From: a virus
Reading direction: 5' to 3' (one strand)
Length of the DNA stretch: 64,000 bases
Virus record (IMG/VR): IMGVR_UViG_3300030110_002054
Location: 12,802-76,801 of that record
In this document: in pieces, positions 1 through 9,605 of the stretch
How the letters are laid out: the number at the start of each line of letters is the position of its first letter
Numbering within the stretch: the first letter of the stretch is position 1
Position numbers and translations under genes: made by a program
The notes under the pieces: generated by a model
Databases searched by the model: none
What the model was told of the DNA's origin: nothing
What the model saw: the letters and a program-made list of their open reading frames with translations, nothing else

Positions 1-1654
1 CGGAATCAGTGTGACCATACAAGGCGTTGTAACCCATCTGCTCACTTTCCGACATTAGGAACTTGATGCTCTCCCTACCTCTGTAGGTGATGGTCTTACC
101 AATATCTAAGTCAGACCACATACCCCCTATCTTTCGCATGGATACCATACCATAGAGAGCGTTGACTGCAACCTTAGTAGCAGTCTGTAACATATCATAT
201 CCCAGTCTCTCATCTGGGTCAGTCGCTTCGTACATCTTCTTCTTGTACTCCTTCCTTAGAGCCAGCATCTCGACAACGACGCTAGGTAGAAGGCCTTGTT
301 TGGTTTGCTCCCAGTGTGTACCATTACCCACTGTCTTTATTCCCTCTCCACCATGTCCCCTCTTGGTCTCCCATGATAGGTTATCACTGAGAATGATGTT
401 AGGATAAAGTGATGCATAGTCAAAGAGACCTACACCCTCGTGCCTACCATGTTTAGGGTCTGGTATGAAAGCAGCCTGTAGTTCCTCTCTTGAGTTGGCC
501 CTACCTGATGGTGCTTTCTTGTCTGTCCTTCGTGCAATCAATCCCCTGAAGTATCTGGTCACCTTGTTGGTGCTTGGGAAAGCCACGCCACACAACTGCT
601 GCATGGCTAGGTGAAAGTCGATTGCGTGTAGTTTCTCATCAACGTCTCTGAGTAGAGTGGTATCCACCAGACAGTAGTCAACGAACTCATCGAAGTACTC
701 TCTCCAACCATTATGCACGGTCATCCCCTCTATCCTGTTAGTGAGTTTCTCACCCAGTTCCAGTCTCTGTGCCACCCAGTCTAGTTTCCTACTAGACATC
801 TGTCCCCTTCCTGACTTCTGCCAGATAGACTCGAAACCACTACCAGTCATACCACGTGCCGCACTGTCGTATACCAGACGACCCCTCAGGGGTTGAGCAG
901 TGTCATCATAGAATCCTTGACCACCCTCTCTCAGGGGAGTCATGTAATGCAGAGGGCTTAGTCTGTTCATGTCCTCTAGCCTTCTAACCAAGTGTGGAAG
1001 GTCAGCCCAATTCCCAGCGTGTGCTACCAGTATGTCTGGGTTGCAGGTATCTAGGTACTGAAGGAAGCCCTCGTGCATCGCTGCCTCGCTCCCGTACAGA
1101 TGCAACACATAACCACCGTGTCTGTCTATCCAATCAGTCGAGAAGTAATCCACTCCTTCCTTCCATGCGAATACCACAGGATGGTCTTCAAAGGTATCAA
1201 CCACAGCCATGACCGTGGTGAAGTCCTCTTTGACATCCCACTCCAAGTCATAGTACCATATGCGTGGAATGAACTCAGGTATCCCGTCTGGATATCTGTT
1301 GATGATGTATTGGTCTCTGTAGTCTAGGTCAGCCTCATAGGTGTCTATTCTATCCTTGATGTTCCATAGGTTATCTGGTGAGGTGGTTGTCATCTTGATG
1401 AGTAGTACACCATCAATACCCTCAGCCTCTTCATCGAAGTGGAACTCAGTGCCTTGGAAGTCTGCACACACCCTTGACTGTAATCTTGGATTGATGTCCT
1501 TCCTGACCCAGCAGAACGGTTTGATGTAATCATCATCCTCGGCTGTGATTATCCTCTCCTTCAATACACCATCCGCACCTCTCGTGCGTTCGTATATGTG
1601 AGGCAACTCAGTCCTATCGAAGTCAGGGTGAAACCAATCCACTATCATGCTCAT
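1..1654 (-). CDS. polB: Family B DNA polymerase (3' end runs off the window)
   Basis: Not in the ORF track because it is open at the window edge. Manual translation begins MSMIVDWFHPDF and contains motif A (FDYASLYPNIIL, ~390-430), motif B (QTATKVAVNALYG, ~150-190) and motif C variant YGHTDS (~2-19). The start overlaps the upstream stop as ATGA. Confidence 0.95.
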   Translation of the reverse strand, partial: MSMIVDWFHPDFDRTELPHIYERTRGADGVLKERIITAEDDDYIKPFCWVRKDINPRLQSRVCADFQGTEFHFDEEAEGIDGVLLIKMTTTSPDNLWNIKDRIDTYEADLDYRDQYIINRYPDGIPEFIPRIWYYDLEWDVKEDFTTVMAVVDTFEDHPVVFAWKEGVDYFSTDWIDRHGGYVLHLYGSEAAMHEGFLQYLDTCNPDILVAHAGNWADLPHLVRRLEDMNRLSPLHYMTPLREGGQGFYDDTAQPLRGRLVYDSAARGMTGSGFESIWQKSGRGQMSSRKLDWVAQRLELGEKLTNRIEGMTVHNGWREYFDEFVDYCLVDTTLLRDVDEKLHAIDFHLAMQQLCGVAFPSTNKVTRYFRGLIARRTDKKAPSGRANSREELQAAFIPDPKHGRHEGVGLFDYASLYPNIILSDNLSWETKRGHGGEGIKTVGNGTHWEQTKQGLLPSVVVEMLALRKEYKKKMYEATDPDERLGYDMLQTATKVAVNALYGMVSMRKIGGMWSDLDIGKTITYRGRESIKFLMSESEQMGYNALYGHTDS

Positions 1655-2400
1655 GCCTCGTTCTTAATAACGAGGAAACTGTCATCTTGTTGAATGAACA
1701 AGAAGGTGCTTTCCCCCATATGCAAAACGGCACTCCCCTCTTCTAGAAGGGATGTACAGTCCATCAGCCACTTCCCGAACTTAGACTCAAATCTCTGGTT
1801 CGGGCCTTCTGCATCTGTCAATTCAATGTCGATTGTCAATTGCATAGTGCCTTGTTTGCCTGCCCTGAGGAAGAACTCATTCTCCTCTGGGTGTAATGAT
1901 ATCATGAAGTTAGGATATGCGAAGAAGTTCTTGAAACTAGATACCGACTTCAGGTTGGTTATGTCTATCGTTCCGTGAGCCTCTAACTGCTTGTCCTTGT
2001 ATGTGGTGAACATGCTCTTCTCCGTCTGCCTGAGAATCTTCTCAACGAACGGGACTTTGGAATAACTGTTGATGCTACTCATGGTGGGCACTTTCAGTGT
2101 CATTGAATCACACTTCACTGTCAGTTGCTTCCCCATGTCCTGTTGGGTGAACACCACCTTAGCACCCTTGGCCTTCTTACAGAACTGTATCACTTTCTTC
2201 AGGTCTGATATACCTAGGTTGCCCTCGCTCTTGACATCATCATGTGGTACTAACATGTGCCTGCGTAGGTAATGTGTGTCGTATGCGATAGTACCAGTTA
2301 ACCTAGCACCCGCTACCATCACCAACAGGTCTTCCACATTCTCACCGAACGATGAGAGGAAGGCTAACGCCTTCTTCCTATCAAGAGTCACGTGTGTCAT
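1651..2400 (-). CDS. Probable DNA sliding clamp (PCNA-like)
   Basis: 249 aa is typical PCNA length. It has an alternating beta/alpha pattern, is translationally coupled to PolB and lies in the same cluster as the clamp loader. There is no diagnostic motif. Confidence 0.6.
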   Translation of the reverse strand: MTHVTLDRKKALAFLSSFGENVEDLLVMVAGARLTGTIAYDTHYLRRHMLVPHDDVKSEGNLGISDLKKVIQFCKKAKGAKVVFTQQDMGKQLTVKCDSMTLKVPTMSSINSYSKVPFVEKILRQTEKSMFTTYKDKQLEAHGTIDITNLKSVSSFKNFFAYPNFMISLHPEENEFFLRAGKQGTMQLTIDIELTDAEGPNQRFESKFGKWLMDCTSLLEEGSAVLHMGESTFLFIQQDDSFLVIKNEA

Positions 2401-2401
2401 A

Positions 2402-3409
2402 TCACAGACTTCCGTCGTATAGTTCAGGTAATCCTAAGAAGACAGCAGGCTTTCCCACTTCAGTCACTAAGACTGTCCTCTTCTGTCCCTGTAGTTGTGC
2501 GTTAGTCTTACACTTATCGAACGTAGCAGTGTACTCGCTCTTGAGTAGTTTACCTGTCTCATCATCATAGGTGTCTTCTCTGTTCATGGTGATAATCTGG
2601 AACACGAAGTTGTTGCTAGCCTTCTCCCAGTCTGGTCTCCACTTGGCTGCTTCCTCGTTCTTACCGAAGGAGTAATTGGTCAGCCTGAGATGTGTCTCCC
2701 AGAAGATGCGTACACCTTGCTTGACCAGTCCCTTGCACACGGCAGTCAACTGGTGGAAACGAGTCTTACGAATAGCCCAGTCCCATTGGTGTCCTACCTT
2801 GACGTTCCAGTCAGCACTGTCAATACCATCCTTAGCCAGATTCAAATCAACGATACGCATGTTGTTTACACACACGCTGTCCCACAAATCCACACCAGTG
2901 ATGTGCACTCCCCATAGTCGAGGCCCATCATAGTCAGGTGCGTTCTGGTCCTTCGCTCTCTGCAAGGCGAACTGCATAATCTTCATGACACGGTTGTGAG
3001 TCTCTGGATAATCATAAGCAGTCCTATCATTGGTCTGCATGACCCAAGTATCCCAACACCTAATGCGGTCATTGTCTGGATAGAAGGCACTCGCTGATGC
3101 TGAACCTCCACCATCAAAGTCTAGAATCTCAAGGGTATCTCCCCTCTTGGTTGCTTCCTCGTCTTTGGTGAATGCGTCAAGCACGATGGCCGACTTACCA
3201 GTGTTCTCGTGTCCAGCAATACCCACGAACATGTGAGTCTTAGGCCTGTTCTGATGCAGGTTAGTCAACTCAGCCCTCAAGTCTGCGAAGGCATCAGCCT
3301 TCTGAGTCATGGGCTTCTTTGCCTGTTGCATCGGCTGCGGTGTGTTCTGTAGTTCTAGTGGTGTGTCTTTCGACGCTTCCATCTGCTTTGCTTTACCGAA
3401 ACCGGCCAT
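2402..3409 (-). CDS. RecA/RadA-superfamily (Sak4-like) P-loop ATPase
   Basis: Walker A GHENTGKS followed by the strand ILDFDGG, which is typical of AAA_24/Sak4-type ATPases. Lies in the replication cluster. Confidence 0.7.
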   Translation of the reverse strand: MAGFGKAKQMEASKDTPLELQNTPQPMQQAKKPMTQKADAFADLRAELTNLHQNRPKTHMFVGIAGHENTGKSAIVLDAFTKDEEATKRGDTLEILDFDGGGSASASAFYPDNDRIRCWDTWVMQTNDRTAYDYPETHNRVMKIMQFALQRAKDQNAPDYDGPRLWGVHITGVDLWDSVCVNNMRIVDLNLAKDGIDSADWNVKVGHQWDWAIRKTRFHQLTAVCKGLVKQGVRIFWETHLRLTNYSFGKNEEAAKWRPDWEKASNNFVFQIITMNREDTYDDETGKLLKSEYTATFDKCKTNAQLQGQKRTVLVTEVGKPAVFLGLPELYDGSL

Positions 3410-3666
3410 CAGTCCTCACTTTCCTCTTGCTGCTGTGGACCTTGTATCTCAAGCAAGTCTCTCTGTAGTTGTTGGAGACTTACATTGACACCGTTCACGA
3501 ATGTCTCTAGAAGCCTGATAATAATCAGTCTGTTAGCAGATTGTGCTTGTATCTGCTGTGCTGCTTCAGAGATTCTCTGTGCTTCGGCTGTCACCTGAGC
3601 CAACTGTTCTTTCAGTTCTGCGTTCATCGTTTCTACTTCTTTCTTACTCATTTTCTTTTCAGTCAT
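3409..3666 (-). CDS. Coiled-coil hypothetical protein
   Basis: 85-aa ORF with a heptad pattern, tightly packed in the operon. Confidence 0.7.
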   Translation of the reverse strand: MTEKKMSKKEVETMNAELKEQLAQVTAEAQRISEAAQQIQAQSANRLIIIRLLETFVNGVNVSLQQLQRDLLEIQGPQQQEESED

Positions 3667-3671
3667 TTATA

Positions 3672-5048
3672 TCACTCCTGTTTGTCTTCTTCGCCTTTCG
3701 ACTTGGACTCTTCTCCTATGAACTGGGACATGTTGGTGTTACCACCCTGTGTCCTCTTTCGTATTCTTCTTGGGTCTGCGTAGATACCAAAGACATTCAT
3801 CTTAGGACTCTCCACACCATCCCTCACACTCATACCTATTCTTCCAATCACGATGATTGAAGACTTCTCAGCCCAAGGTATTTCCTCATCACCCTTTCTA
3901 GCGACGAATGGATTCGAGTTGTCATAGCATGCTCCGCTAATCCAACACGACACCTCTGCCTGTGGCTTCTCACCATATTGACTCTGTAGGGATATGTTGG
4001 TTAGATTGAGGCTGAAGTTTCTACCAGTCTCATCATACGCACTCTCCCTACCTTCTGTGGATAGTCTGCTCACACTGCCCTTTGTGAACACAATCGGGCC
4101 TGCTCTTCCAGTCTCACCGTTTATCTCGAAGGTTCTACTACCTGTAGCATAGGCATTGCCCAATGATTCAAGTGGTACATACAGTTGATGGAACAAGTCG
4201 GATGCTAGGAACTTGTGTGGGTGAAGGAACTTTACTTCATCCTCATCCACGAAGTCCGTAGTGTACTCGATGTTCTCATGGAATCCTATACCAGTGCCGA
4301 GCACATCCCTGAAGGCCTCTGCTGCATCTGGGTTAGGAGGTCTTACCTGTATTCTACATGGGTCTCCCACTTTCACATGCATGTCAGACGAATCACCTAG
4401 TGCATCGACTCTCCATAGTTTGATGTCCTTATCGAACTCATTCTCATGGTTGCCCAAGAAGTAGTAGTTCCTACCTAGCAACGAGGGATACATGGGTCGC
4501 CCTGTTGTCCTACCCATGAGACAGATGTACTTCCCGTCTATCCTGATACCCATTGAGGGTTCTTCTTCGATAGGGTCGTTCGTATCCACCACACCATTGG
4601 CAGTTCGTATAGCCCAGAAGTTGCCTTGCTCAAAGTACTCGCCAACGACACCGTTGTCTATGGCTTCCTTGTTGTTCATGGCATACTCTCTCGATGCTCT
4701 GCTGACCATACCGCCCCTGCGGTCTGTCTTCTTAGCATCCACACCTACGAAGCAACCTACGAATGGGACTGTGTTAGCCCCACCACCTACTGTACTTCTC
4801 CTCAACTGGATGAAGCACTGCTCTGCCCAGTCGATGAGTAAGTCCTCATCCTCTTCCATCCAGTCTTCGCATGCGTGTTCGCTCTCAATGAAAGAGAGGA
4901 AGTGCTTGATTACATCAGGCAACTTGTCTCCTGTTCTCTCTGCGTGCTTCTGCATGCGTTCTAGGACTCCTTCTGGCATAGCCAGTGGTGTGTCGCTTGC
5001 GTTCTCTGTTGTTGCGTCGTATTCATATTCATTGTTTTCTTCATTCAT
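3672..5048 (-). CDS. Putative ssDNA-binding (RPA/OB-fold-like) replication protein
   Basis: 458 aa with a beta-rich C-terminal half (IIVIGRIG...MNVFGIY), acidic termini and a PIP-like NTNMSQF near the C-terminus. Lies in the replication cluster. Function is inferred. Confidence 0.4.
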   Translation of the reverse strand: MNEENNEYEYDATTENASDTPLAMPEGVLERMQKHAERTGDKLPDVIKHFLSFIESEHACEDWMEEDEDLLIDWAEQCFIQLRRSTVGGGANTVPFVGCFVGVDAKKTDRRGGMVSRASREYAMNNKEAIDNGVVGEYFEQGNFWAIRTANGVVDTNDPIEEEPSMGIRIDGKYICLMGRTTGRPMYPSLLGRNYYFLGNHENEFDKDIKLWRVDALGDSSDMHVKVGDPCRIQVRPPNPDAAEAFRDVLGTGIGFHENIEYTTDFVDEDEVKFLHPHKFLASDLFHQLYVPLESLGNAYATGSRTFEINGETGRAGPIVFTKGSVSRLSTEGRESAYDETGRNFSLNLTNISLQSQYGEKPQAEVSCWISGACYDNSNPFVARKGDEEIPWAEKSSIIVIGRIGMSVRDGVESPKMNVFGIYADPRRIRKRTQGGNTNMSQFIGEESKSKGEEDKQE

Positions 5049-5178
5049 GTTTCTTCATCTCCTTTATCTCATTAAGGACTGCCTTCATCGTTATGTTCAG
5101 GTTGTCTATGCTGACTTGTATGCCAAGTAGACCACCTTGTATCGTTCTATCTAGTTCTTCTATTACACCACTATTCAT
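5041..5178 (-). CDS. Small hypothetical protein (MNSGVIEELDRT...)
   Basis: 45-aa ORF found manually. It fills the gap and overlaps both neighbours. Confidence 0.55.
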   Translation of the reverse strand: MNSGVIEELDRTIQGGLLGIQVSIDNLNITMKAVLNEIKEMKKHE

Positions 5179-6128
5179 TGTTTCACTTCCTTTCTTAATC
5201 TCGCTACGAAGTAGTCGAGGAATGCTTGGTCGCTGTCAGGCCATTCGTATATGTGTGTCATCATATCACCGTATACAGATAGCACTGTCCAGACTTTATC
5301 ATCTTCATCCATGTTGAACAGGGATGATAGATTCTGATAGAAGGAACGCATCACGAAGAACCTGTCCCTTCCATTGGAAACTGCCTTGTGGAATTGAATA
5401 CGCATGTCCATCCACTCGTCTGTCAAAGCAGACAGGGCGGCTTGGCTCGGCCCACTGAAGTCACTCACCCTGTCCTTCAGGGCATGCATGTCATGCATGT
5501 GTAGTGATTCCAACACACCTACTGCTGACCTCAAGTCCCCACCCATGTAGGTGACGAGCCTTGGGAAGTAGTCCTTCCACACATCGAGAACACGCTCAGG
5601 CACTCCACACTTCTGACACACGTTGGTCAGATGCTTCGCACCCTCTTCACTGTCAACTGCCTTGAACTTGTACACCACGCACCTGCTCTTGATGGCAGGT
5701 CGTATCTTGCTCTCATCATTGGCTGTGAATATGAATAGGCAGTTCTCAGTGCTGTTCTCTATAATCTGTCTCAGTGCATCCTGTGCAGCAGGAGTCAAAC
5801 CATCAGCCTCATCGAGAAGGATGACCTTCCTGTCTGCCATGTATGGGCTAGTCTGTGCTGCCTGCTTCAGGAACACACGAATGAACTCGATGCCCCTCTC
5901 ATCACTGGCGTTGCACTCATAGTAATCACAGTCTATCGCTCTGTCTAGCATCTGTCTGGCAATCACACGAGCCGCTGTGGTCTTACCCACACCACTCTGA
6001 CCAACGAAGAGCAGGGAGTCTGGATAGGAGTCGTTCGCTTTCCAGTTCAAGGCATCCTTGGTGAATGCCTGCTGTCCCACTATGTCTTCAAACTCGGTGG
6101 GTCTACCAATCTCATTCCACGACTTCAT
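5175..6128 (-). CDS. rfcS: Replication factor C small subunit (clamp loader)
   Basis: RP..FEDIVGQ, Walker A GQSGVGKT, ECNASDERGI, LLDEADGLT..AQDALR, IKSRC and GDLRSA. Confidence 0.95.
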   Translation of the reverse strand: MKSWNEIGRPTEFEDIVGQQAFTKDALNWKANDSYPDSLLFVGQSGVGKTTAARVIARQMLDRAIDCDYYECNASDERGIEFIRVFLKQAAQTSPYMADRKVILLDEADGLTPAAQDALRQIIENSTENCLFIFTANDESKIRPAIKSRCVVYKFKAVDSEEGAKHLTNVCQKCGVPERVLDVWKDYFPRLVTYMGGDLRSAVGVLESLHMHDMHALKDRVSDFSGPSQAALSALTDEWMDMRIQFHKAVSNGRDRFFVMRSFYQNLSSLFNMDEDDKVWTVLSVYGDMMTHIYEWPDSDQAFLDYFVARLRKEVKQ

Positions 6129-6574
6129 ACACTATTCCTCTCTTGTTCCTTTATATCGGAAAGCCTCTCATCCGCTTTTTTGACCCATTCTACGAACGCT
6201 TCGTAGTCTCTTGGTGGTGGGTTGTCAATCACCCACTTCAGAGATAGGTAGCCTTCCTTGTCTACCAGTCTGTCCTCTAACTTGAAGTGACCTATCATAG
6301 TCATCCACTTGTTCAACTCTTCTGCCCTACTCATCTTCTCACGATAGGGTAAATCGAATCTCTCCAATACCTCGTTCAGAAAAAGAAAACTAATTTTGGT
6401 TTTACTTTGTTGTTGCTTTTTATATGAGCGAAATGAGATGGAACGCAGTACCCTGAATCCATGTATAGAAGATGCACTCTTCTGGATGCTAAAGTTGAAC
6501 TTCAAATCAGCACACAGAAAGCCTAAACCAAACCAGAAATTATCGGGATGTAATGTCATTGTATCAACTCGCAT
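6125..6574 (-). CDS. Hypothetical protein, possibly a degenerate LAGLIDADG-fold DNA-binding protein
   Basis: The N-terminal WFGLGFLCADLKFNFSI resembles a LAGLIDADG helix-strand but lacks the canonical DG. Confidence 0.35.
   Translation of the reverse strand: MRVDTMTLHPDNFWFGLGFLCADLKFNFSIQKSASSIHGFRVLRSISFRSYKKQQQSKTKISFLFLNEVLERFDLPYREKMSRAEELNKWMTMIGHFKLEDRLVDKEGYLSLKWVIDNPPPRDYEAFVEWVKKADERLSDIKEQERNSV
6143..6165 (-). promoter_or_regulatory. Conserved 23-bp element GGCTTTCCGATATAAAGGAACAA, copy 1
   Basis: Identical to the copies at 9629 and 13021. Contains TATAAA ~25 nt upstream of the rfcS ATG. Confidence 0.8.
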
Positions 6575-7973
6575 GTATGAAATCGACGTATTGAGTTACG
6601 TCACTCATACCCAAATCGACTCTTGCTGAGACGACAAGGGCATCTGGGATTGACAGTGGGTCTTTCAATATACTGGGAACAACCGCCTCTATCGGTATGA
6701 TAACCTCGTCTGGTATGTCTTCCCAATCCTTGCTGGGGATGATAGTGCATAACCTGTCTACTATACCTCGTATAGAGTTCTTCACATCACTGACGACATC
6801 GACTTCACCTACCACGATGAAGTCATCATAACCATCAACACACGAGAGTCTTACAGACAAGGTGTCCTGTATATTCCTAACAGAATGAAGTCTTAGAATC
6901 ATCTTGGATAGAGATGACATCATAACGTAACCGCCACTCTCCAGTGGTTTGTACTCACCTATTTCTGGGAATCTTATAGCCTCATCATCTTTGAGACTGC
7001 TAATTAGGTCAGCCATACTATCTATACGTGTTGGCTGGTGTACAACTACAGGTGTGTCTTTCGTATGCTCCTGTAATTTAACCAGTCTCTCTTCAAGAGT
7101 GAGAGTGTGGTATCTTGGGAAGATAGCATCGAACACGTGTATGTTGTTGCCATCAGTTACTGTCTCCAATATCATAGGGGTGTCTGGAAGCCACGACGAG
7201 TCAGGTGCTTGTCCGTTGGATACAATCTTACCACTCCTGTCTCTCCAGATGAAGCGAACTCCATCCTGTTCTCTAATCACATACAACATCTTAGTCGAAC
7301 CCTTGTTAGGTATTCTTTGGTATCGAGAGTTATTAAACTCAACAAGTTTGTCTATGGAATCATGTGGGTGAAAGGGTAGATACCTTCTAGGTGATAGAGC
7401 CAGATTAGGTTCTTCATACCACCTGTCTGGTATGTCTAGACCCTGAGGGTCTTGGAATATCAAATGAATAAGTTCTGTGGCATCCTTCAGAGACGCATGT
7501 CTCTTCATCACATCAGCATGGATGCCCCTGCTGATGCCTAAGTGTATCACGAACGCTCGTGATGTGATTGGTGGTTTGTTGGCTAAGACGTGACTCCAGA
7601 ACAGTCTGGCTTCAATCTCATCCATCTTGTGTGCTGTGTCTAGTACCTTGACTGCATTTATGGATAGACTCTCCATCATCCTGAACGCATCCTTGACTGA
7701 CCAGCCTTGTGACGTGCTGGCGTTGCTCTCCTGTGCGAGCGTGAGTGCTAGGTCATTCTCACCCAACACATCCATGACCACATCAATGAACACACCTACC
7801 TCTCCAGCAAAGAGTGATGCTAGACTATTCTTTGTTAGTAGTGCCTTCTGTGGATAAAGTAGTCTGTAAAAATCTTGGGCTGAGTTTTCATCATCTATCT
7901 TCGAGAGCACATCTCTCTTGTTGCTTCCTTGTCTCAGCGATTCGTATAGTCTAGAGGCCTTCTGGAAGTTCAT
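6564..7973 (-). CDS. ATP-dependent DNA ligase-like protein, apparently catalytically degenerate
   Basis: Ligase-like order of elements (helical N-domain, IWRDRSGK, MILET, HVFDAI, TLEERL..L, OB-like C-terminus with VVGEV), but no KxDG adenylation motif. Confidence 0.55.
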   Translation of the reverse strand: MNFQKASRLYESLRQGSNKRDVLSKIDDENSAQDFYRLLYPQKALLTKNSLASLFAGEVGVFIDVVMDVLGENDLALTLAQESNASTSQGWSVKDAFRMMESLSINAVKVLDTAHKMDEIEARLFWSHVLANKPPITSRAFVIHLGISRGIHADVMKRHASLKDATELIHLIFQDPQGLDIPDRWYEEPNLALSPRRYLPFHPHDSIDKLVEFNNSRYQRIPNKGSTKMLYVIREQDGVRFIWRDRSGKIVSNGQAPDSSWLPDTPMILETVTDGNNIHVFDAIFPRYHTLTLEERLVKLQEHTKDTPVVVHQPTRIDSMADLISSLKDDEAIRFPEIGEYKPLESGGYVMMSSLSKMILRLHSVRNIQDTLSVRLSCVDGYDDFIVVGEVDVVSDVKNSIRGIVDRLCTIIPSKDWEDIPDEVIIPIEAVVPSILKDPLSIPDALVVSARVDLGMSDVTQYVDFIHAS

Positions 7974-8347
7974 CCAAGCACCTTGTCTATCAATTCTTGA
8001 AACTGACCAGACCACTCTCTGGGTCTTGGTTGAGTCCCTATTCCCAACGCTTCCTTGGTCTTGGTGGCTATCCCTCTGGATGTCACCTTAACTCCAATCT
8101 TCTTGCATACGATGTATATGCAATCAACGAACAGTGCATGTGGTGTTCTCCTGCAATCCCAGTGGGGGTGTTTCTGCACCTCTCTCTGTAATACCTCAGC
8201 GAGGACAACCACCTTCAGTGGTAGTTCAAGCGAAGAGGCAATCTTCTTCTTCGCATCCTCAACATGTGTCTCGTATGTCTGCTTGACTATCTCAGATTTA
8301 CCGATTACCTGTTCTGGTTTTCCACCCTCGTTTGCCATCTCCATCAC
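7970..8347 (-). CDS. Single cyclin-repeat TFB/TFIIB-like protein
   Basis: IASSLELP...RRTPHALFVDCIYIVCKKIGVKVTSRGIA matches the TFB cyclin repeat pattern GRSPxxxAAAxIYIACRxxGxxxTxxEIA. Confidence 0.6.
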   Translation of the reverse strand: MMEMANEGGKPEQVIGKSEIVKQTYETHVEDAKKKIASSLELPLKVVVLAEVLQREVQKHPHWDCRRTPHALFVDCIYIVCKKIGVKVTSRGIATKTKEALGIGTQPRPREWSGQFQELIDKVLG

Positions 8348-8691
8348 TCCTGTTCATCATCCTCACTCCTCAGTAGGTCGCTCACCTTGTTGCCCATGGC
8401 GTAATACACATCTGACCCATCGCCATCCTTCATCACGACTCTCGCTCCGCAGTTGGTGCAATACAGTGGTATCTCAAACACATCGGATATGTTGCCTTGC
8501 ACCCCACCATTCGGTGACATGTCACTCACATTACCCATGCCTAGTTGCCAACTGTGACCGACATCCATGCATTGCTCCAACTTCTGGAGAGTGTCTTTCA
8601 GGTTAGCCAGTTTCTGACCTTCCTCTATCATCTTCCTTGCCTGTTCCTCAATCTGCTTTATCTTGTCCTCAATCATTCCTCTTCCCTCCAT
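8344..8691 (-). CDS. Putative zinc-binding hypothetical protein
   Basis: CMDVGH and CTNC pairs following an N-terminal coiled coil. Confidence 0.6.
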   Translation of the reverse strand: MEGRGMIEDKIKQIEEQARKMIEEGQKLANLKDTLQKLEQCMDVGHSWQLGMGNVSDMSPNGGVQGNISDVFEIPLYCTNCGARVVMKDGDGSDVYYAMGNKVSDLLRSEDDEQE

Positions 8692-8885
8692 ATTTGATTC
8701 TGAAAGAGAATAGCGTCTTCTGCTTTCATAGGCTTGGATGTGAATATCGTCCCATTAGACATGTGAATGTCCAGTATGGTATGCTTCTTCAGATACTTCG
8801 ACTCTACCGTGTGTGTCACTGCTGACACATCGGACAGTCTAATACTCGTATTACCCGATGTGGTTTCTAGAGTTATGTGATTCAT
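8673..8885 (-). CDS. Hypothetical protein
   Basis: 70-aa ORF coupled to its neighbours. Confidence 0.65.
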   Translation of the reverse strand: MNHITLETTSGNTSIRLSDVSAVTHTVESKYLKKHTILDIHMSNGTIFTSKPMKAEDAILFQNQIWREEE

Positions 8886-9019
8886 TCTTCATCCTCCAAC
8901 AACATCTCAGCCACAGAAAAGGCCGTCAGTATTTTCAGATGTGCTTCCAACAACTGTATGATTCGGTCGAGTCTTCTCTCGACTGCTGTCTCGTGTCTGT
9001 CGAACTTACCACCTCTCAT
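8882..9019 (-). CDS. Small hypothetical protein (MRGGKFDRHE...)
   Basis: 45-aa ORF found manually, with ATGA overlaps at both ends. Confidence 0.55.
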   Translation of the reverse strand: MRGGKFDRHETAVERRLDRIIQLLEAHLKILTAFSVAEMLLEDEE

Positions 9020-9300
9020 TCTTCAGCAACTCCTACCTTGTGTGGGTGATGGTTGGTGACTACGTAGGATAGTATGTCGATGATGGCCTTCATCTCTGCT
9101 ATGTCCACGTCATCATCATAACACTCTTCGGGATTGAGTCTGCTCGTTCCACCTTCGTCTATCCAATAGTGGTCAGCATCCTCGTCGGGGTACTGGGTGT
9201 ACTTCTCGATGTACTCCTCGTAGAACTCCTCATCATGCTCTGCTATCGCCCTGATTATGGTCTGACCTATTTTCAGTCTGCTTTGTTCTTCACTTAACAT
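9016..9300 (-). CDS. Acidic hypothetical protein
   Basis: 94-aa ORF in a coupled operon. Confidence 0.65.
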   Translation of the reverse strand: MLSEEQSRLKIGQTIIRAIAEHDEEFYEEYIEKYTQYPDEDADHYWIDEGGTSRLNPEECYDDDVDIAEMKAIIDILSYVVTNHHPHKVGVAEE

Positions 9301-9605
9301 TCAGACCACCCGTCCTCATCTATACCATCGTCGCTCCAGTCCACTCCTCTCAGGAGTTCTAGGATTCTGCTGTAGGGTACTTTCAGGTAGTTGGTTCTAC
9401 CACAGTCATCACACTCTACCTCGATGCATGCTATTGGCTCATCCAACTTCTTGCCGTTCTTCCAACTCTCGACATCCACGATGCCCTCGTCTGTAATAGT
9501 CCAATTCTCATGCTCGCAGTTCCAGTACCTCTCTTCCTGTCTAGCCTCCCATGCGGCATCTGCTAGGTATTCGTCTCTCTCGTCTTGTTCTCTTTCACTC
9601 ATCAT
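9294..9605 (-). CDS. Acidic zinc-ribbon protein
   Basis: CEH and CDDC motifs. It is the first gene downstream of element copy 2. Confidence 0.65.
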   Translation of the reverse strand: MMSEREQDERDEYLADAAWEARQEERYWNCEHENWTITDEGIVDVESWKNGKKLDEPIACIEVECDDCGRTNYLKVPYSRILELLRGVDWSDDGIDEDGWSEC

